64,000 nt of DNA from the human T2T-CHM13v2.0 reference genome, Homo sapiens. The stretch lies in NCBI RefSeq assembly GCF_009914755.1, contig NC_060930.1; one strand, 5' to 3'. Positions 56,784-64,000 of the stretch are shown piece by piece; positions within the stretch are counted from its first letter, which is position 1, and the number at the start of each line of letters is the position of its first letter. The notes beneath the pieces were generated by a model. That model searched no databases. It was not told the origin of the DNA and saw only the letters and a list, made by a program, of their open reading frames with translations. The translations under genes and the position numbers were made by a program.

Positions 56784-59473
56784 ATTTCTTCACATAAAAA
56801 CTAGCAGAAGAATTCTCAGAAAGTTTTTGTGATATGTGCATTCAACTCACAGTGTTGAGCCTTCCTTTTGATAGAGTAGTTTTGAAACATTCCTTTTCTA
56901 GAATTTCCAAGTGGATATTTAGAACACTTTGAAGCCTATGGTAGAAAAGGAAATATCTTCACTTAAAAACTAGACAGAATCATTCTCAGAAACTACTTTG
57001 TAATGTGTGCGTTCAACTCACAGAGGTTAACCTTTCTTTTGATAGAGCAGTTTAAACACTCTTTTTGTAGGATTTGGAAGTCTATATATAGAGCCCTATG
57101 AGGCCTTCGTTGGAAACAGGAATTTCTTCACCTATAAACTTGACAGAAGTATTCTCAGAAATTTTTGTTATATGCTCATTTAACTCACAGAGTTGAACCT
57201 TCCTTTTGATAGAGCAGTTTGGAAACACTCTTTTTGAAGAATTTCCAAGTGGTTATTTAGAGAGCTTTGAGGCCTATGGAAGAAAAGGAAAAATCTTCAT
57301 ATAAAAACTAGACAGAATCATTCTCAGAAACTACTTTGTGATGTTGGGTTCAACTCACAGAGTTTAACCTTTCTTTTGATAGAGCAGTTTTGAAAATCTC
57401 TTTTTGTAGTATCTGCAAGTGGATATTTGGACCTCTTTGAGGCCTTCATTAAAATGGGATTTCTTCATATTAAACTAGACAGAAGAATTCTCAGAAACTT
57501 CTTTGTGATGTGTGCATTCAACTCAAAGTGTTGAACGTCCCTTTCGATAGAGCAGTTTTGAAAAACTCGTTTTGTAGTATTTCCAAGTGCATATTTAGAG
57601 CCCTTGGAGGCCTAATGTAGAAAAGGAAATATCTTCATATACAAACTAGACAGAATCATTCTCAGAAACTAGTTTGTTATGTTTGCATTCAACTCACAGA
57701 GCTTATCGTTTCTTTTGGTAGAGCAGTTTTGAAACACTCTTTTTGTAGTATTTGCAACTGTATATTTAGAGTGGTTTGCAGCCTATGGTAGAAAAGGAAA
57801 TATCTTCACATAAAAAGTAGACAGAAGCATTCTCAGAAACTAATTTAGATGTTTGCATTCAACCCACAGAGTTGAACATTACTCTTGATAGAGCAGTTTT
57901 GAAACTCTCTTTTTTTAGAATCTGCAAGTGGATATTTGGAACTCTTTCAGACCTTCATTGGAAACGGGATTTCTTCATTTAAAACTTGACAGAACAATTC
58001 TCAGAAACTTCTTTGTGATGAGTGTATTCAACAAACCTTGTTGAATCTTCCTTTCCTTAGAGCAGTTTTGAAACACCCTTTTTTGTACTATTTCTAAGTT
58101 ATTATTTAGAGCGCTTTGAGGCCTGTGGTAGAAAAGGAAATATCTTCATAGAAAAAATAGACAGAATCATTCTCAGAAACTACTTTGTGATGTGTGCGTT
58201 CAACCCACAGAGTTTAACCGTTCTTTTGATAGAGCAGTTTGAAACGCTCTTTTGGTAGATATTGCAAGTGTGTATTTAGAGGGCTTTGAGGCCAATGGTA
58301 GAAAAGGAAATATCTTTACAGAAAAACTAGACAGAAACATTCTCAGAAACTACTTTGTGTTGTGGGCATTCAACTCACAGAGTTTAACCATTCTTTTGAT
58401 AGAGCAGTGTTGAAAAACTCTGTTTGTACAATCTGCAAGTGGATATTTAGAGCGCTTTGAGGCCTTCTTTGGAAACGGGAATCTCTTCACATAAAAAGTA
58501 GACAAAAGTATTCTCAGAAACTTCTTTGTGATGTGTGCATTAAAGTCACAGAGTTGAACCTTCCTTTCGACAGAGCAGTTTCAAAAGACTCCTTTTGTAG
58601 AATTTCCAAGTGAATATTTAGAGCGCTTTGAGGCCTATGGTAAAAAAGGGAACATCTTCATAGAAAAACTAGACACAATAATTCTCAGAAACTACTTTGT
58701 GATGTGTGGGTTCAACTCACAGATTTTAACCTTTCTTTTGATAGAGCAGTTTTGAAACACTCTTTTTGTAGAATTTGGGTGTGTGTATTTAGATGGCTTT
58801 GAGGCCTATGGTAGAAAAGGAAATATCTTCACCTAAAAACTAGACAGAAATAGTCTTAGAAAATACTTTGTGACGTTTGCATTCAACTCACAGTTTTCTA
58901 TATTCCTTTTGATAGAGCATTTTAGAAACACACTTTTTGAAGAATTTGCAAGTGTGTAGTTAGAGGGCTTTGAGGCCTATGGTAGAAAATGAAGTATCTT
59001 CACACAAAAACTAGACAGAATAATTCTCAGAAACATTTTGTGATGTGTGCATTCAACTCACAGAGCTTAAACTTTCTTTTGATAGAGCAGTTTTGAAAAT
59101 CTGCAAGTGGGTATTTGGAGGGCTCTGATGCCTTCTTTGGAAACGGGAATATCTTCACATAAAAAGTAGACAGAATTATTCTCAGAAACTTCTTTGTGAT
59201 GTCTGCACTCAAGTCACAGATTTGAACCTTCCTGTTGATAGAGCAGTTTTGAAACACTCTTTTTGTAGAATTTGCAAGTGGATATTTAGAACGCTTTGAG
59301 GCCTATGGTAGAAAAGGAAATATCTTCATAGAAAAACCACCCAGAATTATTCTCAAAAACTACTTTGTGATGTTTGCACTCAACTCATAGAGTTGAAAAT
59401 TCCTCTTGCCAGAGCAGTTTTGAAACACTCTTTTTGTACAATCTGTAAGTGGATATTTGGACCTCTTTGAGGC

Positions 59474-59490
59474 CTTCGTTTTAAACGGGA
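59474..59490 (+). other. CENP-B box (intact core, variant)
   Basis: CTTCGTTTTAAACGGGA retains the nine core bases. Confidence 0.82.
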
Positions 59491-60320
59491 ATTTCTTCAC
59501 ATAAAACTAGACAGAAGAATTCTCAGAATCTTCTCTGTGATGTGTGCATTCAACTCAGAGAGTTGAAAGTTCCCTTCGATAGAGCAATTTTGAAACACTC
59601 TTTTTGTAGAATTTCCAAGTGGATATTTAGAGCACTTCGAGGTCTATGATAGAAAAGGAAATATCTTCATATAAAAACTGGACAGTACCTTTCTCAGAAA
59701 CTACTATGTGATGTGTGCGTTCAACTCACAGAGTTTAAAATTTTTTGATAGGACAGTTTTGAAACACTCTTTTTGTGGAATCTGCACGTGGATATTTTGA
59801 CCTCTTTTAGGCCTTCATTGGAAAAGGGTTTTCTTCATATAAAACTAGACAGAAGTATTCTCAGAAACTTCTGTGTAATGTTTGCATTCAACTCACAGAG
59901 TTGAACCTTCCTTTTGATAGAGCAGTTTTGAAACACTCTTTTTGTAGAATTTCCAGTGGATATTTAGAGTCCTTTGATGCCTACAGTAGAAAAGGAAACA
60001 TCTTCATATAAAAACTAGACAGAATCATCTGAGAAACTACTTTGTGAGGTGTGTGTTCAACTCAAAGAGTTTATCCTTTCTTTTAATATAGCAGTTTTGA
60101 AACACACTCTTTTTAGAATTTGCTAGTGTATATTTAGCACGCTATGAGGCCTATCATAGAAAAGGAAATATCTTCACATAAAAACAAGACAGAGGAATTG
60201 TCAGAAACTTCCCTGTGATGTGTGCATTCAACTCACAGAGTTTAACATTCCTTTCGAAGAGCAGTTTTGTAACACTCTTTTTGTAGAATCTGCAAGTGGA
60301 TATTTGGAGCTCTTTGAGGC

Positions 60321-60337
60321 CTTCGTTGGAAACGGGA
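60321..60337 (+). other. CENP-B box (canonical)
   Basis: CTTCGTTGGAAACGGGA. Confidence 0.92.
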
Positions 60338-61337
60338 ATTTCTTCATAGAAAAAGTAGACAGAAGAATTCTCAGAAACATTTTGTGATGTGGGCTTTCAA
60401 CTCACGGAATTGTATCTCCTTTTTGATAGAGAAGTTTTGAAACACTCTTTTTGTAGTATTTCCAATTGTATATTTAGAGCGCTTTGAAGTCTACGGTAGA
60501 GAAGGAAATATCTTCATAGAAAAACTAGACAGAATCTTTCTCAGAAACTACTTTGTGATGTGTTCGTTCAACTCAGAGTTTAACCTTTCTTTTCATAGAG
60601 CAGTTTTGAAATACTCTGTAAAGTCTGCAAGTGGATATTTGGAGCGCTTGAGGCCTTCTTTCGAAGCGGGAGTATCTTCATATAAAAAGTAGACAGAAGT
60701 ATTCTCAGAAAATTCTTTGTGATGTCTGCACTCAACTCACAGAGTTGAACCTTCCTTTTCATACAGCAGTTTTGAAACACTCTTTTTGTAGGATTTGCAA
60801 GTGGATATTTAGAGCGCATTGAGGCCTATGTTAGAAAATGCATTATCTTCTTATGAAAACTAGACAGAATCATTCTCAGAAACTACTTTGTGATGTGTTC
60901 GTTCAACTCACAGAGTTTAACCTTTCTTTTCATAGAGCAGTTTTGAAACACTCTGTTTGTAAAGTCTGCAAGTGGATATTTGGAGCGCTTGAGGCCTTCT
61001 TTCAAAGCGGGAGTATCTTCATATAAAAAGTAGACAGAAGTATTCTCAGAAAATTCTTTGTGATGTCTGCAGTCAACTCACAGAGTTGAAGCTTCCTTTC
61101 TATAGAGCATTTTTGAAACACTCTTTTTGTAGAATTTGGAAGTGGAAAGTTAGAGCGCTTTGGGGCCTTTGGTAGAAATGGAAATATCTTCATAGAAAAA
61201 CTACACAGAAGCATTCTCAAAAACTACCTTGTGATGTTTGCATTCAACTCACAGAGTTGAACACTTCCGTTGATGGGGCATTTTTGTAACAGTCTTTATG
61301 TAGAATCTGCAAGTCGATATTTGGACCTCTTTGAGCC

Positions 61338-61354
61338 CTTCGTTGGAAACGGGA
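61338..61354 (+). other. CENP-B box (canonical)
   Basis: CTTCGTTGGAAACGGGA. Confidence 0.92.
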
Positions 61355-64000
61355 ATATCTTCATATAAAAACTAGACAGAAGAATTCTCAGAAACTGCTT
61401 TGTGATGTGTGCATTCAACACACAGAGATGAACTTTCCTTTTGATGGAGCGGTTTTGAAACACTCTTTTTGTAGAATTTACAAGTGGATATTTGGAGCAC
61501 TTTGAGGACAATGGTAGAAAAGGAAACATCTTCATATAAAAATTAGACAGAATCATTCTCAGAAATTACTTTGTGATGTGTGTATTCAACTCACAGAGTT
61601 TAACCTTTCTTTTGATAGAGCAGTTTTAAAACCCTGTTTTTGTAGAATTTGCGAGTATCTATTTAGGGCACTTTGAGGCCTATGGTAGAATAGGAAATAT
61701 CTTCACTTGGAAAGTAGATAGACACATTCTCAAAAACTACTTTGTGATGTTTCCATTCAACTCACAGAGTTGAAGTTTCCTCTTAATAGAGCAGTTTTGA
61801 AACACTATGTTTGTAAAGTCTGCAAGTGGATATTTAAATCGCTTTGAGGCCTTCTTTTGAGAAGATTGTTTCTTCATAAGAAAAGTAGATAGAAGTATTC
61901 TCAGAGACTTCTTTGTGAGGGCTGCACTCAACTCACAGAGTTGAACCTTCCTTTTGATAGAGAAGTTTTGAAACCCTCTCTTTGTAGAATTTCCAATTGG
62001 TTATTTAGAGTTTTTTGAGGCCTATGATAGAAAAGGAAATATCTTCATATAAAAACTAGACAGAATCATTCTCAGAAAATACTTTGTGATGTGTGCGTTC
62101 AACTCAGAGAACTTAACCATTCTTTTGATAGAGCAGTTTTGAAACACTCATTTTGTAGAATTTGCAAGCGTATATTTAGAGCACTTTGAGGCCTATGGTA
62201 GAAAAGGAAATGTCTTCACATAAAAACTAGACAGAAGCATTCTCAGAGACTACTTTGTGATGTTTGCATTCAACTCACGGAGTTGAACATTCCTTTTGAT
62301 AGAGCAGTTTTGAAACACTCTTTTTGTAGAATCTGCAAGTGTATATTTGGACCTCTTTGAGACCTTCGTTGGAAACAGGAATTTCTTTGCATAAAAACCA
62401 GACAGAAGCATTCTAAGAAACTTTTTGTGTTTTGTGCATTCAACTCACAGAGTTTATCCTTTCTTTTGATAAACAGTTTTGAAACACACTTTTTCTTGAA
62501 TTTGCAAGTGTATATTTAGAGCGCTTTCAGGTCTATGGTAGAAAAGGAAATATCTTCACATAAAATCTATAAAGAAGCATCCTCAGAAACTAATTTGGAT
62601 GTATTCATTCAACTCAGAGAGTTGAACTTTCCTCTTTGTAGAGTTGTTTGAAACACTCTTTTTGTAGAATATGCAAGTGGATATTTGGACCACTTTGTTG
62701 ACTTCGTTGGAAACGGTATTTCTTCATAATACTAGACAGAAGAATTCTCAGAAACTTTTTTTTGATGTGTGCATTCAACTCACAGATTTGAACCTTCCTT
62801 TCGATAGAGCAGTTTTGAAACTCTCTTTTTGTAGAATTTCCAAGTGGATATATAGAGCGTTTTGAGGCCTATGGTAGAAAAGGAAATATCTTCATATAAA
62901 AACAAGACAGAATCATTCTCAGAAACTACTTTGTGATGTGTGTGTTCAACTCAAACAGTTTAACCTTTCTTCTGATAGAGCAGTTTTCAAACATTCTGTA
63001 AAGTCTGCAAGTGGATATTTGAAGCGATTTGAGGCCTTCTTTGGAAACTGGAGTATCTTCACATAAAACTAGAGAGAAGTATTCTCAACAACTTCTTTGT
63101 GATGTCTGCACTCAACTCACAGAGTTGAACCTTCCTTTTGATAGAGCAGTTTTGAAATACTCTTTTTGTAGAATTTGCCAGTGTGGATTTAGAGGGCTTT
63201 GAGGCCTATGGTAGAAAAGGAAATATCTTCACATAAAAACTAGACAGAATCATTCTCAGAAACTACTTTATGATGTTTGCATTCAACTCACAGATTTCAT
63301 CATTCCTTTTGATAAAGCAGTTTTGAAACACTCTTTTTGCAGACTCTGCAAGTGGATATTTGGACCTATTTGAAGCCTTCCTTGTAAACGGGAATTTCTT
63401 CACATAAAAACTAGACAGAAGAATTCTCAGAAATTTTTGTGATGTGTGCATTCAACTCTCAGTTTTCAACCTTCCTTTTCATAGAGCAGTTTTGAAACAT
63501 TCTTTTTGTAGAATTTGCAAGTGGATATTTAGAGCGCTTTGAAGCCTATGGTAGAAAAGGAAATATCTTCATATAAAAACTAGACAGAATCATCCTCAGA
63601 AACTACTTTTTAATGTGTGCGTTGAACTCACAGAGTGTAACCTTTCTTTTGACAGATCACTTTTGGAACACTGTGTAAAGTCTGCAAGTGGATAGTAGGA
63701 GAGCTTTGAGGCCTTCTTTGGAAACGGGAATATCTTCACATAAAAAGTAGACAGAAGTATTCTCAGAAACTTCTTTTTGATGTCTGCACTCAACTCACAG
63801 AGTTGAGTGTCCCTTTTGATACAGCAGTTTTGAAACACTCTTTTTGTAGAATTTGCAAGAAGATATTTAGAGCGCTTTGAGGCCTATGGTAGAAAAGGAA
63901 ATATCTTCATATAAAAACTAGATGGAATCATTCTCAGAAACTACTTTCTGATGTGTGCGTTCAACTCATAGAGTTTGACCTTTGTTTTGATAGAGCAGTT

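Larger units (their letters stand above)
19651..64000 (+). repeat. Alpha satellite, divergent HOR-like mosaic of dimer (B*-A) and trimer (A-B-A) modules, archaic SF1 (SF01)-like; no interspersed repeat seen
   Basis: About five recurring monomer classes recognised by AATCATTC..ACTACTTTGTGATGTGTGCGTTC..TTTAACC, AAGCATTC..GTTTGC..AACATTCC..GGACCTC, AAGAATTC..TTTCGAT..TTTCCAAG, CTCTGTTTGTAAAGTCTG..CTTCTTTGG and AAGTATTC..GTCTGCACTC. The satellite call is certain; the SF label is inferred. Confidence 0.85.

Noticed and set aside
61851-61880. Scrambled B box with a small GAAGA...TCTTC dyad; similar clustered changes at ~21311-21330 and ~55251-55275
   Set aside because: The arms are only about 5 bp, which cannot be distinguished from ordinary decay.
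13222-64000. CRISPR-like or novel repeat-spacer array
   Set aside because: The whole 171-bp unit is repeated with no unique spacers, there are no cas genes, and the sequence is recognisable primate alpha satellite.
19651-64000. Live, homogeneous centromeric HOR array
   Set aside because: There is no constant period, class-matched monomers differ by many substitutions and indels, and intact CENP-B boxes are sparse (about one per 4 kb).

Overview
This is hominid (human/great-ape-type) pericentromeric DNA, not prokaryotic sequence, and it holds no host protein-coding gene. About 56 kb is ~171-bp alpha-satellite in one orientation (1630-7224 and 13222-64000, roughly 330 monomers). Two minus-strand LINE-1 elements interrupt it. 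The older one (1-~1629; only its 5' end is in the window) retains the ~129-bp ZNF93-target segment. The younger, full-length L1PA2/3-like copy (7225-13221, 13-bp TSD) lacks that segment, has disrupted ORF1 and ORF2, and keeps an intact antisense ORF0. The satellite changes from left to right: old A-box-only monomers, M1-like A-only monomers, a mixed A/B zone, then ~45 kb of divergent, archaic-SF1-like dimer/trimer mosaic with relic higher-order periods. I found 14 intact CENP-B boxes by eye. Almost all ORFs in the track are spurious satellite translations. I see no evidence of a wholly new gene system. The most interesting signals are structural: two independent L1s at the same monomer position, an L1 pair bracketing the ZNF93-escape deletion, an intact ORF0 pointing into the satellite, a template-switch hairpin, and patchy relic HORs. 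All counts and alignments were done by eye; subfamily and SF labels are recalled from consensus features and need confirmation.
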